Positions 29,629 through 39,568 of a stretch of DNA of 64,000 bases are shown one piece after another. Both the position numbers and the translations under genes were made by a program. Source of the DNA: a virus (lineage: Duplodnaviria > Caudoviricetes). Every line of letters begins with the position of its first letter. The stretch's first letter is position 1. The notes beneath the pieces are model-generated. The model ran no database searches, was not told where the DNA came from, and saw only the letters and a program-made list of their open reading frames with translations. The stretch lies in the IMG/VR virus record IMGVR_UViG_3300034073_002120, one strand, 5' to 3'.

Positions 29629-30672
29629 TTACTTAATAATAATATTACCGAACGTTCCTTTTAACCAATCATTCAAATCACCAAATGCGTTTGTTACTTT
29701 GTATTTCAAACAAACTTTCATAAAATCTAATTTGTTAAGTGGTTTTAGAGGTTCGTTAAATTTTTCTAATATTTGCATCTTAATGATTCCACTAATATCG
29801 GGGTCTTTCAACTGCATTAATTCGTGGTTCATTATGATTTGGTCTTTCGATTCTAAAATATCGTTGTATATTTTGATTTTACCCTTCTTTTCCTCACATA
29901 GTCGTAACAAATCATCAACTGATAATTCTACCTCCTCAGCGAGTTCAGGAAACCTCTTTACAAGGGTTTTTATACCACACCCATTAACTCCCGGTATATT
30001 ATCTGATTTATCACCATCTAATATACGATACATTAATAAGTTTTTAGATTCTAAACCAAATTCTTCTTTAATAGCTTTTTTATTGTAAATTTTCTTCTTA
30101 GTAGGTGACCAAACGATGGTCTTATCATTAACCAATTGTAGGAAATCCTTATCGGTTGACATTACCACCGCTTGTTCATCCTCTTTAAGAAGTTGAGTGG
30201 CGATATAAGCCATAACATCATCTGCTTCAACACCATCATAAATCATAGTGGTTACCGGTAGTTGATGTAACATTTCTGCTAACCAAACGAATTGTCTCTT
30301 CATCGATTCACGCTCATCTTCAACGTTCATCATTTCAGCATATTGACGATTCACTCTTAATTTGTTAGGGTCTCTGTCTGCCTTATATCCACTAAATCGT
30401 TTTTTACGATTAGCAGAACCACCCTTACCATCGAAAACTACAATAACACGAGTAGGTTGAGTTTGACGTATTGCGTAACCTATTGATTTTAATACACCCG
30501 TTACACCAGCAACGTGGTCGCCATCTTCATTCATAGTTGGAATAGATGACCAGCAACGGATGAATGTGTTTAATCCATCAATTATAAGAACTCGCGAGTT
30601 TTTCGTTTTGGTAGAATTACTCGTATGTTCTTGCTCTACCGATTCTAAAATGTTTTTGTATATTGCTTTCAA
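29629..30672 (-). CDS. rnh: 5'-3' exonuclease / RNase H (T4 rnh, FEN-like)
   Basis: IIDGLN, EADD, STDKD, GDKSDNIPG. Confidence 0.92.
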   Translation of the reverse strand: MKAIYKNILESVEQEHTSNSTKTKNSRVLIIDGLNTFIRCWSSIPTMNEDGDHVAGVTGVLKSIGYAIRQTQPTRVIVVFDGKGGSANRKKRFSGYKADRDPNKLRVNRQYAEMMNVEDERESMKRQFVWLAEMLHQLPVTTMIYDGVEADDVMAYIATQLLKEDEQAVVMSTDKDFLQLVNDKTIVWSPTKKKIYNKKAIKEEFGLESKNLLMYRILDGDKSDNIPGVNGCGIKTLVKRFPELAEEVELSVDDLLRLCEEKKGKIKIYNDILESKDQIIMNHELMQLKDPDISGIIKMQILEKFNEPLKPLNKLDFMKVCLKYKVTNAFGDLNDWLKGTFGNIIIK

Positions 30673-30683
30673 TGCCTTTCTTT

Positions 30684-31808
30684 TTAATCATCCATGCCAG
30701 GACCTGAAACATCTATTTCTAAATCTTCCATATCAATACCATCGGATTTATATTGTAAAATTGTAGATTCACAAATCTTTTTATAAATTTGTTCTCTAAC
30801 CTCTTCTCTTTCCGTCATCAAAGGAATGAAATCCTTAGATTGGAATTTGATGATTTCACCAGTATCAGTATCAGTATATTCATACCATGCACCGGCTTGT
30901 TTTACGATTTTATTGTCTTTCATTACGGACAACCATGAACCATAATTATCAATACCTCTATCGAAGAAAATATCAAAATCTGCTGCTCTCAATGGTGGGC
31001 CCATTCGGTTTTTCACAACTTGTGCTCTAACCTTCATTCCAACAATTCTATCATTACCACCAATTTTAGATTTAATCTGTCCCATTCCTTTCAAACGTAA
31101 TCTTACGGATGCGTGGAATGCCAATGCCTTACCACCACTTGTTGTCCAAGGGTCACCGAACGGCATTGCGTTCATCTTTTGTCTTAATTGGTTGGTATAT
31201 ACTAATAAGATTTTTTGTCTACCAATCATATTAGTAATCTTTCTCATCGCCTTAGAAATGATGATTGCTTTATCGGTTGCATAACCATCCTTACCATAAT
31301 CTGCTGCTAACTCCGTTTTTGTTGATGCGGCTGCAACTGAATCGGTTACAATTGTTACTAATCGATTTTTGTCAGTTTGTCTAACTTTCTCAATAATGGT
31401 TTCAGTAAAATCAAAGATTTGTTCTACTGAATCTGCTGATACATAAAGTAATTTTTTCACATCCACACCGATTGCTTCTAAAAATTCTCTACTTACTGCA
31501 GTTTCAGTATCAATCAATACTGCAACACCACCTTGTTTCTGCGTTTCCGCAAGTAAGTGTGCCGAAAGTAATGATTTACCACTTTGTTCTAATCCCGTTA
31601 CTTCTACAATTCTACCCACTGGCAATCCACCATAAGGACGATTTGAAATCGCTACATCTAGCATTGCACATCCGGTTGAAACCCAACCCTCAACGTTTGT
31701 AGGGGTCGAATCATCATCCAAAAAGAATGCTACCTTTTGGTCTTTTGATTGTTTATTTAGCTCACCCGCTAGGATATCGGCTAAATCCAATTCTTCTTTT
31801 TTTGCCAT
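30684..31808 (-). CDS. recA: RecA/UvsX recombinase
   Basis: GLEQSGKS, IDTE, NQLRQK, SGGKALAFHASVRL, KNRMGPP. Confidence 0.95.
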   Translation of the reverse strand: MAKKEELDLADILAGELNKQSKDQKVAFFLDDDSTPTNVEGWVSTGCAMLDVAISNRPYGGLPVGRIVEVTGLEQSGKSLLSAHLLAETQKQGGVAVLIDTETAVSREFLEAIGVDVKKLLYVSADSVEQIFDFTETIIEKVRQTDKNRLVTIVTDSVAAASTKTELAADYGKDGYATDKAIIISKAMRKITNMIGRQKILLVYTNQLRQKMNAMPFGDPWTTSGGKALAFHASVRLRLKGMGQIKSKIGGNDRIVGMKVRAQVVKNRMGPPLRAADFDIFFDRGIDNYGSWLSVMKDNKIVKQAGAWYEYTDTDTGEIIKFQSKDFIPLMTEREEVREQIYKKICESTILQYKSDGIDMEDLEIDVSGPGMDD

Positions 31809-31821
31809 AAAATGGGTTTAA

Positions 31822-32658
31822 TTAATTGTTGAATAAATCATCAAATGCTGCTGCAACATCATCGGTTTTCTTAGATACTGCTGGAGCTGATTGAGATGGA
31901 GTTTCTACTGACCCACCCATATCATGAGATACTGATGGTGTTGGTTTTGCTGATGATAAAGTTTCTGCTGCTACTGAACTTTCGGTTTCATCTTCATCAG
32001 ATGTTGCTGATGGGTTCAACCAACCTTCCAATACATTTTTCAATTCTGCATAAGATAATTCTTGATACAATTCAGTAATTTCAGTTTGATTCTCTAAGAA
32101 TTTTGCAATATCACCACCTTCTGCTAATGGTGTTTGATTTGGTTTTACTCTAAGAGTAGTTGTTGGATATGAAGTTCCAGCATCTTCTGCTGAAATATAT
32201 TCAACGGTCAAATCTCTACCTGCCATTGGGTCAGTAATATCACCATAATCGGGGTCAGCAATGTACCCTAAGATTTCTTGATAAACTGTCTTACCGAATC
32301 CCCAAAATTTAACACCTTCGTTTTCTTGACCACGAACGATTACAGGAACAAAGGTTCTCAACTTAGGCTCCATTGCCTTTGCTGCTTTCCAATCTTCCTT
32401 ATCGCCCATTCTTTTAAGTTTATCTGCAAACTCAACAATTGGGTCAGGTCTACCGAATGATGCCGGAGATAGATAAGTTTTGTTATTTACGTTGTAATGA
32501 AAATACAATTCAATGAACGGATTGTCTTTATTGAATTTGTAAGGTACGATACGGACTTGTGATTTACCAGGAGTTGGTTTCCATAATGCATCCGTTTTCT
32601 TTTGTGTGTTTTGTAGTTTGTTTAGTCTACCTCTAATTGCGTTAATGTCTAATGCCAT
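31822..32658 (-). CDS. gp32: Single-stranded DNA-binding protein (T4 gp32-like)
   Basis: Aromatic-rich core (FWGFGKTVY, DITD...GRD), acidic tail ending FDDLFNN. Confidence 0.85.
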   Translation of the reverse strand: MALDINAIRGRLNKLQNTQKKTDALWKPTPGKSQVRIVPYKFNKDNPFIELYFHYNVNNKTYLSPASFGRPDPIVEFADKLKRMGDKEDWKAAKAMEPKLRTFVPVIVRGQENEGVKFWGFGKTVYQEILGYIADPDYGDITDPMAGRDLTVEYISAEDAGTSYPTTTLRVKPNQTPLAEGGDIAKFLENQTEITELYQELSYAELKNVLEGWLNPSATSDEDETESSVAAETLSSAKPTPSVSHDMGGSVETPSQSAPAVSKKTDDVAAAFDDLFNN

Positions 32659-32778
32659 TGTTTTTTCCTTTTAAGTTTAATAATTAATTTGTTTTATGGT
32701 TTTATTTACGAGTCTTTCCTACTCGCGGTGTGTAAGTATAAATATACGAATTTCCGATTTTCGTATATTAATTTTTTA

Positions 32779-33240
32779 TTATTTTGCCCACTTTCCGTTG
32801 GAAACAATTTGAGCTATAATGCCATATACTGATAGGTCTTGAAACGTATCTTCTACTGCTTCACCAACATTATCTTCTTTACCTAAAACTACCAATTGTT
32901 TTAATCTCTGAATTTTATCATTAATTCTAAACCACAAACCTGTTAGGGATAATTTCTTATCATCATCAGTTTCTAATGATGTTCCTACTGCAATGTTTCC
33001 TGGTCCATAATTGGATTGTTTTAGACAGAATAATTCATATTGAGTAAACATAATACGTTTGAACTCATCAGTCATTTCTGGGTATTGTTTTTCGATTTCT
33101 TCTACGATTTTAGGATTATCGTATTTGATGAACGCAACCTCATCTTCGGTTTGTTCTATTTTGGGAGCAATATTGAGTTCTAATTTGTTCTTAGCCTCTT
33201 GCTTAATGATACGAGGAGTTTGTGTTGTGCTCTTTGACAT
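32779..33240 (-). CDS. DUF1599 / nucleotide-modification-associated (Nmad1-like) protein
   Basis: KQSNYG...FRINDKIQRL...EDTFQDLSVYGII pattern. Confidence 0.7.
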   Translation of the reverse strand: MSKSTTQTPRIIKQEAKNKLELNIAPKIEQTEDEVAFIKYDNPKIVEEIEKQYPEMTDEFKRIMFTQYELFCLKQSNYGPGNIAVGTSLETDDDKKLSLTGLWFRINDKIQRLKQLVVLGKEDNVGEAVEDTFQDLSVYGIIAQIVSNGKWAK

Positions 33241-33264
33241 ATAACCTTTATTATTTTTACTTTA

Positions 33265-33296
33265 CAAATATACGAAATATATCTGATAATACCAAA
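33265..33296 (-). promoter_or_regulatory. Bacteroidota sigma-A type promoter
   Basis: TTTG-N20-TATATTTG. Confidence 0.8.
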
Positions 33297-33329
33297 TATA
33301 AAGGGGTGATAAAATACCACCCCCTATAT
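33297..33329 (-). terminator. Terminator-like hairpin after the small lipoprotein
   Basis: ATATAAGGGGTG / CACCCCCTATAT inverted repeat with one G-U pair. Confidence 0.55.
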
Positions 33330-33333
33330 AATT

Positions 33334-33498
33334 TTACTTTACTTCTGCAGAATCTACTTTTACTGCTGCTGAATCAGATGCAACTACTGCTGTGTCTACT
33401 GCCACTACTGTTGAATCTGATGCTACTTCTGATTGTGATTTTGAACCACATGATGTAATCGTTAAAGCGATTACTGCTACTGCGAATAATTTTTTCAT
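33334..33498 (-). CDS. Small lipoprotein (54 aa), below the track cutoff
   Basis: MKKLFAVAVIALTITS-CGSKSQSEVASDSTVVAVDTAVVASDSAAVKVDSAEVK: signal peptide II lipobox, own promoter and terminator. Confidence 0.85.
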   Translation of the reverse strand: MKKLFAVAVIALTITSCGSKSQSEVASDSTVVAVDTAVVASDSAAVKVDSAEVK

Positions 33499-33534
33499 TT
33501 GTTTGTGTTTTTTTATTTATTAATTTATTGAATA

Positions 33535-33566
33535 CAAATATACGAAAAAAATCCGAACTTTCCAAA
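33535..33566 (-). promoter_or_regulatory. Bacteroidota sigma-A type promoter for the lipoprotein
   Basis: TTTG-N20-TATATTTG. Confidence 0.8.
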
Positions 33567-33567
33567 T

Positions 33568-33969
33568 TTATTTTTGAGAATATTCAATTACTTCAAAAAT
33601 TCTTGTACTAATCTTCTTAGTTCCTTCGGTATTTGTAACAATTATAGTGTTACGGAACTTATCCCAATCTACCATAAAGTCCTTATCGGCTTTACCACCA
33701 TTTTCCTCTTTAACCAATTCGTTTAATGCATTGATTGTATAAAGAGTATTCGATTGTTTCTTTCTATGAACCAAAATAGTATCCTTTAATGGAATAGTTG
33801 GTTTGTATTGAGTATCTATATTATATGTAATATATAATTCTTCCAAATTAGCCTTATTTTGTAAGACGTAAATATAGTTATAAACAATATAATATGTTTG
33901 TTTTATTTGTTCTAATGTAGTTTGTAACTCATCTTTTGTTGTAAATGTGCACAATAGTTGTGTCTGCAT
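33568..33969 (-). CDS. Conserved-looking hypothetical phage protein
   Basis: 133 aa, GAGGAG RBS-like element 5 nt upstream. Confidence 0.7.
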   Translation of the reverse strand: MQTQLLCTFTTKDELQTTLEQIKQTYYIVYNYIYVLQNKANLEELYITYNIDTQYKPTIPLKDTILVHRKKQSNTLYTINALNELVKEENGGKADKDFMVDWDKFRNTIIVTNTEGTKKISTRIFEVIEYSQK

Positions 33970-34033
33970 TCTTTCTCCTCTTATTTTATACCTAATAATA
34001 AGTATAAAAAATGAAATCGAAAGACTTATTTTA

Positions 34034-36274
34034 CTAATCTACGGATTCACCTGTTTCAGAATCATACGAATTACCCGAATCATCTAACTCATAATCTGGA
34101 ATATCACCATCATCAGAAAATGAATATTGTGGACCACCACCTGCACGACCAGGTGTTCTTTTTGTTCTATATGTAATGGAATATGAGTTAGGGTCATTAT
34201 TTCCTTTGACAGTTACAAATTGTGGGTCTCCCTTAGTATCGTAATATTGTTTATTATGTGATAATCCAAATCCATCGGATGTTCTGATACTATTGGCATC
34301 ATTTATCATACATAACGCAACTTCTACTGGTACATTTCCAGTTCTACTACTTTTTGCATTACCAACATTATTTTTACCAATTAATGCTGTAATCTTATCT
34401 TCCGTCATAATCTTACCCATTTTTGCTGAGTAATCTTTTTCAGATTGTGCTAAACGTTTATTGAACTCTTCCCAATATTTTGCCTGATTTGGAAAATTAA
34501 CAGATTTTAATTCTTCTTTAAGATTTTGGATTATTTCAGTATATTCTGCTACTAATGTAGAATATTCATTCAACTCAGCAGTAGTAAATACATTAGTCAA
34601 TTCAATTTCAGTCAATGAACGTAATACAAATTCTTTAGTTTTAGCAATTGTTTCTTCCTTAGTAGTACCTTTGTATAAATCATCTTTCAATACTAATAAA
34701 TGGTCTTTCTCACCCAAATATTGACCAGTCATTTCTCTTTTATTCGGGTCAGGATGAATTGATTGGATTGCTTTTGCATTTGCAGGACATCCATATGTTC
34801 TACCTGATTTACCAAATTTAACACTAATTAATGATACACCAGTAGTATTTCCTCTATGAATTACATCACCTGCAGGGAATGAACCATTTGATGGTAAATA
34901 AACTTCTTCACCTCTAGCCAACATAGTTTCATATAATCTATTTTCGGCAAGTTGTTTCATTACTGCCCCTGCTGCATCTGAATCTGCTATATGTAAATCG
35001 GTCATCATTTTATTATATGATTCATCGATTTCTTTAGCTAATTCTTCATTAGGTGCTGTATATTTTTCTATAAGGTCTCTTTGTCTTTTTTGGTGTTCTT
35101 CTAACGCACTTACAAATTTAGGGTCTAATTCACCATTCTTCACCAATTCCTTGCTAGTTTCGATTGTTCTATTTAACGCAGGATTATTAAAACTTTGTTG
35201 TAAATATTCTTGTGAATATTCATTTGATGGCATTTTTGGATTACCATTCTCATCCATTACAGCAAAAAATCCCCACATCGATTCCTTAACTCTACTAAGG
35301 ATTGGATTTTTTTGGAAAAATTCTTTTACCTTTGGATGTTTTTTTGGACTAGCTTCATTCTCTTTACCTAAATCAGGTTTTGCTGCTGCAGCTAATTTAT
35401 CTTTAATACCCTTTGCATTAAATTCTTTTACTTCACCATATTGTTTAATCTTATTAACCAAATTTTCAGAACTATTTGTACCTTGTGTTCCAGAAATAAT
35501 TTTTCTATTGCCACCTAATACGTTAAAATATGCTTTTCTGCCATTTTCATTAGTAGAGAATTTCATATTATCAATAATCCATTGTGCAGATTCTGCTCTT
35601 AATTCTTCCGATGAATTTTCATCATATAAATCTCTAATGTGGTCTAACGCATCAGATACTAATTGATATTGTTCTGGTGTTAAAAATTCTTGTGTTTCTG
35701 CTACCTTAGTTTCAAAACTACTAATAACTTTTTTATCTTCCTTCGAATATGTTCTATTCTCTTCTCTATTTATTTTATCTACAGCTTCTTTTTCTTTTTT
35801 ATATCTTTCTTGAGTTTCAGGTGTTTGTAATGATGTTCCCTTTGGTGGTTCTTGTTGAGGTTGTCCACCACCTACTCCACTTTGTTCTCCATCTTGTGGA
35901 GTATCTTGTTTAGGTTTTGCGTTTGGATTATTAGTTGGACCTCCCTCTTCACCTGCTTTGGCCTTTTGTTTTTCGTACTCATCTTGTGATACTACATTAT
36001 ATTTACCAGAATCATCTTTGGTAAATTTTTGTGCATCTTCTTTTTCTTCTTCACCTTTTTTAACATAATAACCCTGACCAACGTGAGTATATTTCTCATC
36101 ATCAGGTCCTTCTGTTAAATTTTTTAGTAATTCCGTTTGAATTTCACTTAACCCCCATTCGGTAAGAATATCTGAAATTATTTGAATATGTTCTTTCTTA
36201 GACAAGATAGGATAGCCCTCTTTACTTCGATAAGAAAGTTCTCTCAATAATTTGTTAATAAATCTCTTTTGCAT
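34034..36274 (-). CDS. Large hypothetical protein, possible C-terminal nuclease-fold segment
   Basis: 746-aa ORF; low-complexity linker near the N-terminus; FPAGDVI...ISVK motif. Confidence 0.6.
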   Translation of the reverse strand: MQKRFINKLLRELSYRSKEGYPILSKKEHIQIISDILTEWGLSEIQTELLKNLTEGPDDEKYTHVGQGYYVKKGEEEKEDAQKFTKDDSGKYNVVSQDEYEKQKAKAGEEGGPTNNPNAKPKQDTPQDGEQSGVGGGQPQQEPPKGTSLQTPETQERYKKEKEAVDKINREENRTYSKEDKKVISSFETKVAETQEFLTPEQYQLVSDALDHIRDLYDENSSEELRAESAQWIIDNMKFSTNENGRKAYFNVLGGNRKIISGTQGTNSSENLVNKIKQYGEVKEFNAKGIKDKLAAAAKPDLGKENEASPKKHPKVKEFFQKNPILSRVKESMWGFFAVMDENGNPKMPSNEYSQEYLQQSFNNPALNRTIETSKELVKNGELDPKFVSALEEHQKRQRDLIEKYTAPNEELAKEIDESYNKMMTDLHIADSDAAGAVMKQLAENRLYETMLARGEEVYLPSNGSFPAGDVIHRGNTTGVSLISVKFGKSGRTYGCPANAKAIQSIHPDPNKREMTGQYLGEKDHLLVLKDDLYKGTTKEETIAKTKEFVLRSLTEIELTNVFTTAELNEYSTLVAEYTEIIQNLKEELKSVNFPNQAKYWEEFNKRLAQSEKDYSAKMGKIMTEDKITALIGKNNVGNAKSSRTGNVPVEVALCMINDANSIRTSDGFGLSHNKQYYDTKGDPQFVTVKGNNDPNSYSITYRTKRTPGRAGGGPQYSFSDDGDIPDYELDDSGNSYDSETGESVD

Positions 36275-36296
36275 TTCTTTACTAATTTATGTTTTA

Positions 36297-36328
36297 CAAA
36301 TATACGAAATATATTTGAATTATCCAAA
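36297..36328 (-). promoter_or_regulatory. Bacteroidota sigma-A type promoter
   Basis: TTTG-N20-TATATTTG. Confidence 0.8.
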
Positions 36329-36349
36329 TTTTAACAAAACTATTTCTGA

Positions 36350-36988
36350 TTAATGGCCGTGATTTTGAGTTCTTTGAATAAAGAATATCACATTTGCTAT
36401 ACTGACAGTATTCCCAAATGCTTCAACATTCCATCGGTTTCCATTTGTTATAAAATCTTCATCGGCATAATACTGAAATACTTCATGGAATTCATGCCAT
36501 ACATCATTTCCTTTTCCGAAAAATAAATCTTTACCAACTCTTTCATATGGAGTTCCGGTTGTATTATCTAACTGAATTCTCATAGATGTTCCGTTTGTAT
36601 TTGCAGTTTTTGCATCAAATACGACCGTGCACATATAAACATCTCCCTCATTTTCTACTTGAATTTTATTAGAACTACTATCATAGAATGAAATTGAAGA
36701 ATGTAAATGAGTTTCTATTGTATTACCGGCATTGTTAGGTAAAGGTTGTTCTCCTGCTGCAACTGTTACAGTAAATACCGATGCGGTTGTGTATTGAGTA
36801 TCATCGTATCTTGCCCAACCTAATCCACTTCCACCCAAACCAGGAGGAATTGAACCCGTTACATTATTTATCAAATTACCATATGTAACTTTTTTAGTAG
36901 TTTCTTCACTAATATCTACACATACAAACACATCATCGTTTGATAAGGTTTCTAAGTTTGGTAATTCGGTTATAGTTTTATCTGCCAT
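36350..36988 (-). CDS. Virion accessory / fibre-associated protein
   Basis: N-terminal MADKTITEL...TKKVTY segment shared with 37977-39551. Confidence 0.55.
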   Translation of the reverse strand: MADKTITELPNLETLSNDDVFVCVDISEETTKKVTYGNLINNVTGSIPPGLGGSGLGWARYDDTQYTTASVFTVTVAAGEQPLPNNAGNTIETHLHSSISFYDSSSNKIQVENEGDVYMCTVVFDAKTANTNGTSMRIQLDNTTGTPYERVGKDLFFGKGNDVWHEFHEVFQYYADEDFITNGNRWNVEAFGNTVSIANVIFFIQRTQNHGH

Positions 36989-37197
36989 ACTAATCTAAAT
37001 CCATTTTGTTGTAAAATATCGTTTCTATCTTGTTGAAGTATATATCTTGTTTCGCTTCCTAATTTTCTTAAACAATATTCGTATTGTTCGTAAGTTTCGT
37101 ATTGATAGATAAAACAATTGTAATCAGATGTAATCTCATTCAAAGGTTTTTTATCCTTCCATTTACTATACCAATCTTGCCAACTTATATACTGCAT
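36970..37197 (-). CDS. Hypothetical protein
   Basis: 75 aa, overlaps the next start by 19 nt. Confidence 0.5.
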   Translation of the reverse strand: MQYISWQDWYSKWKDKKPLNEITSDYNCFIYQYETYEQYEYCLRKLGSETRYILQQDRNDILQQNGFRLVWQIKL

Positions 37198-37210
37198 ATG
37201 TATAAATATC

Positions 37211-37975
37211 TTATTTTATATAAACTGCTAATGTGTTAAAGTTTGATGTTACTGCATTTTGAAGTGTTGTTACATTTGCTAAACCATATACAGTATTATT
37301 TAATCGGTTTGTCCAACCTCCAGTTCCCAATGCGTTTCCACTTCTACCATAAGGTGTATCTGGATAAGCATTTGTAGGACCGTTTGTAGTCCACCAGTTT
37401 GCAGTATCATATAACCAATCACACGGTGCTGCAACAGGCAATGAACCTGTCATAGATGTATATCCTTTTAATGCAGTCCAACTACCTGTTAGGGGTGCTG
37501 AAAGTTTTAAGATTTGTGTTGCTCTCGTATCAATATCCAAAGCATTCGGATTGTTATACACTGTCTGATGTGCAATACTACAATTTGATAAATGGGGTTG
37601 AACCGATGCAGTTGATGCCATTCTCATTACTGAATTACATTGTGCAGAACCAGATGTTGAATACCAAAGATTTTCTGCATTTCTATAATGTTTTATGAAT
37701 GATGGAGTTGATAAACTACCACTATCTGCATTTGGATATGGGTAGCCCAATTGAGTTGAACCAGATGGATTATATGAAACTAACATCCAACCACCACCAT
37801 TATCGGTTTGATTACAATAAACTTGTACCGAACCTGTCATCATTCCAGTCTTTATCCAATACCAACCATTTGTTCTAACTCCAGCATTGTATAATTGAAC
37901 GGCAGAAAGGGCAGGATTTGAGATTGTTCCCAAATTTGCACCAATAGTTACTCCGTTTCTAAATTCTATTGCCAT
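37211..37975 (-). CDS. Fibrinogen-C-like (YC...GGGW) virion protein
   Basis: NGWYWI...VYCNQTDNGGGWMLV. Confidence 0.65.
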   Translation of the reverse strand: MAIEFRNGVTIGANLGTISNPALSAVQLYNAGVRTNGWYWIKTGMMTGSVQVYCNQTDNGGGWMLVSYNPSGSTQLGYPYPNADSGSLSTPSFIKHYRNAENLWYSTSGSAQCNSVMRMASTASVQPHLSNCSIAHQTVYNNPNALDIDTRATQILKLSAPLTGSWTALKGYTSMTGSLPVAAPCDWLYDTANWWTTNGPTNAYPDTPYGRSGNALGTGGWTNRLNNTVYGLANVTTLQNAVTSNFNTLAVYIK

Positions 37976-37976
37976 A

Positions 37977-39551
37977 TTAGTATAATCTCTCTATTGAAAT
38001 GAAGTTACTGATGTATGATACACCTATCATTAATGTGATACGATAAAATCTATTATTCGTTTTATCTCGCATCTGATATATCGCAGTATCACCATGTGCT
38101 GCAAAGTTCCAACCAAATGCAGAAGTAGATGCAGTTGTAGTATATGTAATATTATTAGTTGAACCACCACCAGTTGCTCCAGGAACAGAATATACTCCAC
38201 TTATATCTGCTTCAAACGATGTTGATACTGCAGCTATACTCAAACCTCTATTACCACTGGCAGTAACTGTACATTTAAGATTATCTAAAGTTACGAATGT
38301 TCCTACTGCTACCATTCCACTTGATTTCCATATCAATTCACCACCATTTAAATTTGTAGAACCACTAATTACTAATGAACCTGTAATTTCTACTATTCCA
38401 TTATTTTGAACATATAAGTTACTTCCACTTGTCAAATAAAGTGATGAAGTGTTTGCAAGTATTTGAGAACCAATAAATGAACCAGTTGTTATTATCAACG
38501 AACCTGTAATTGTTTGTGTTCCGTTGAATGAGTTTGAACCCGTTGTTATAGTTTGTGCTGATGCGGTAAATGCATTGAATGATGAAGTTGTTGTATAACT
38601 ACCACTAACAAATCCAAATGCACTTATTTGTGCAGAACCACTAATAGTTCCAGCAGGAGTTGTTCCATTTACTACACTACCACTTAATGTATAACGAGTA
38701 TCGTATGAAGATGTTAATTGTGATGAACCGGATACAATACCATTACCCTTTGTTTCATATGAAGATGTTACACTTTCTAATGAACTGATTCGAGCATTGG
38801 ATGATGTGTAGTATGTTGCAAATGCAGTATCATTTGTTAAATCTACTGAATTAATTAAACTAACGATTTCAGCGAATGAATCTTTATCCGCAGTTGATGC
38901 TGATAATATTGCATCTATCCTTCCTTTTTCGGTTGTAATTCTACTATCAAACGATGAACTATCGGTAAAATAAGATGCAGTAAATGAGTTTAAAGATGAT
39001 ATATCAGTAGATTGTGAAACTAACCCAATCGGTTTCCCACTAATATTATCCCAAGTTGTTTGTGTAATAGAACCACTTAAAACGTATCTACTATCATATG
39101 AACTTGTTAATTGTGATGAACCACTAATTGCTCCATTCAACGATGTTAAATAAGAACCTGTATGACTTTCTAAATCATCTAATCTATCTACTAAACTTGC
39201 AGTTGAAATACTTGCAGTATATTCATTGAAAGATGAGGTAGAAACCAAACCTGTATTTTGGGAAACTATACCAATTGTTGCTGCTACTGAACTACTTACA
39301 ATTGAAACTTGTAAATCTGTTGCGAATGTAGAATCTAATGATGAACTCCAACTTTCTAAATTATCGACTCTGGTATCGATACTTTCGGTAAATATATTTA
39401 GGGCACTAATATTAGGTTGAGACCCTGTGATTGCAGAACTTAAATCAGCATAAGTAATCTTTTTAGTTTCGTTATTATTTACGATTACTAAAATATCACT
39501 TCCACTTGGTGATGTATGTGAGTTAAGTTGGGAAATTCTTTTATCCGCCAT
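37977..39551 (-). CDS. Ser/Thr-rich tail fibre-like protein
   Basis: MADKRISQL N-terminus, repeated GxxSGSxQ motifs, heptad-like segments. Confidence 0.65.
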   Translation of the reverse strand: MADKRISQLNSHTSPSGSDILVIVNNNETKKITYADLSSAITGSQPNISALNIFTESIDTRVDNLESWSSSLDSTFATDLQVSIVSSSVAATIGIVSQNTGLVSTSSFNEYTASISTASLVDRLDDLESHTGSYLTSLNGAISGSSQLTSSYDSRYVLSGSITQTTWDNISGKPIGLVSQSTDISSLNSFTASYFTDSSSFDSRITTEKGRIDAILSASTADKDSFAEIVSLINSVDLTNDTAFATYYTSSNARISSLESVTSSYETKGNGIVSGSSQLTSSYDTRYTLSGSVVNGTTPAGTISGSAQISAFGFVSGSYTTTSSFNAFTASAQTITTGSNSFNGTQTITGSLIITTGSFIGSQILANTSSLYLTSGSNLYVQNNGIVEITGSLVISGSTNLNGGELIWKSSGMVAVGTFVTLDNLKCTVTASGNRGLSIAAVSTSFEADISGVYSVPGATGGGSTNNITYTTTASTSAFGWNFAAHGDTAIYQMRDKTNNRFYRITLMIGVSYISNFISIERLY

Positions 39552-39568
39552 AATATTATCCTTCGAAA

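Noticed and set aside
15401-31808. Introns or inteins in polB, nrdA, nrdB, helicase or recA
   Set aside because: All read as continuous ORFs of normal length with motifs at the expected spacing.
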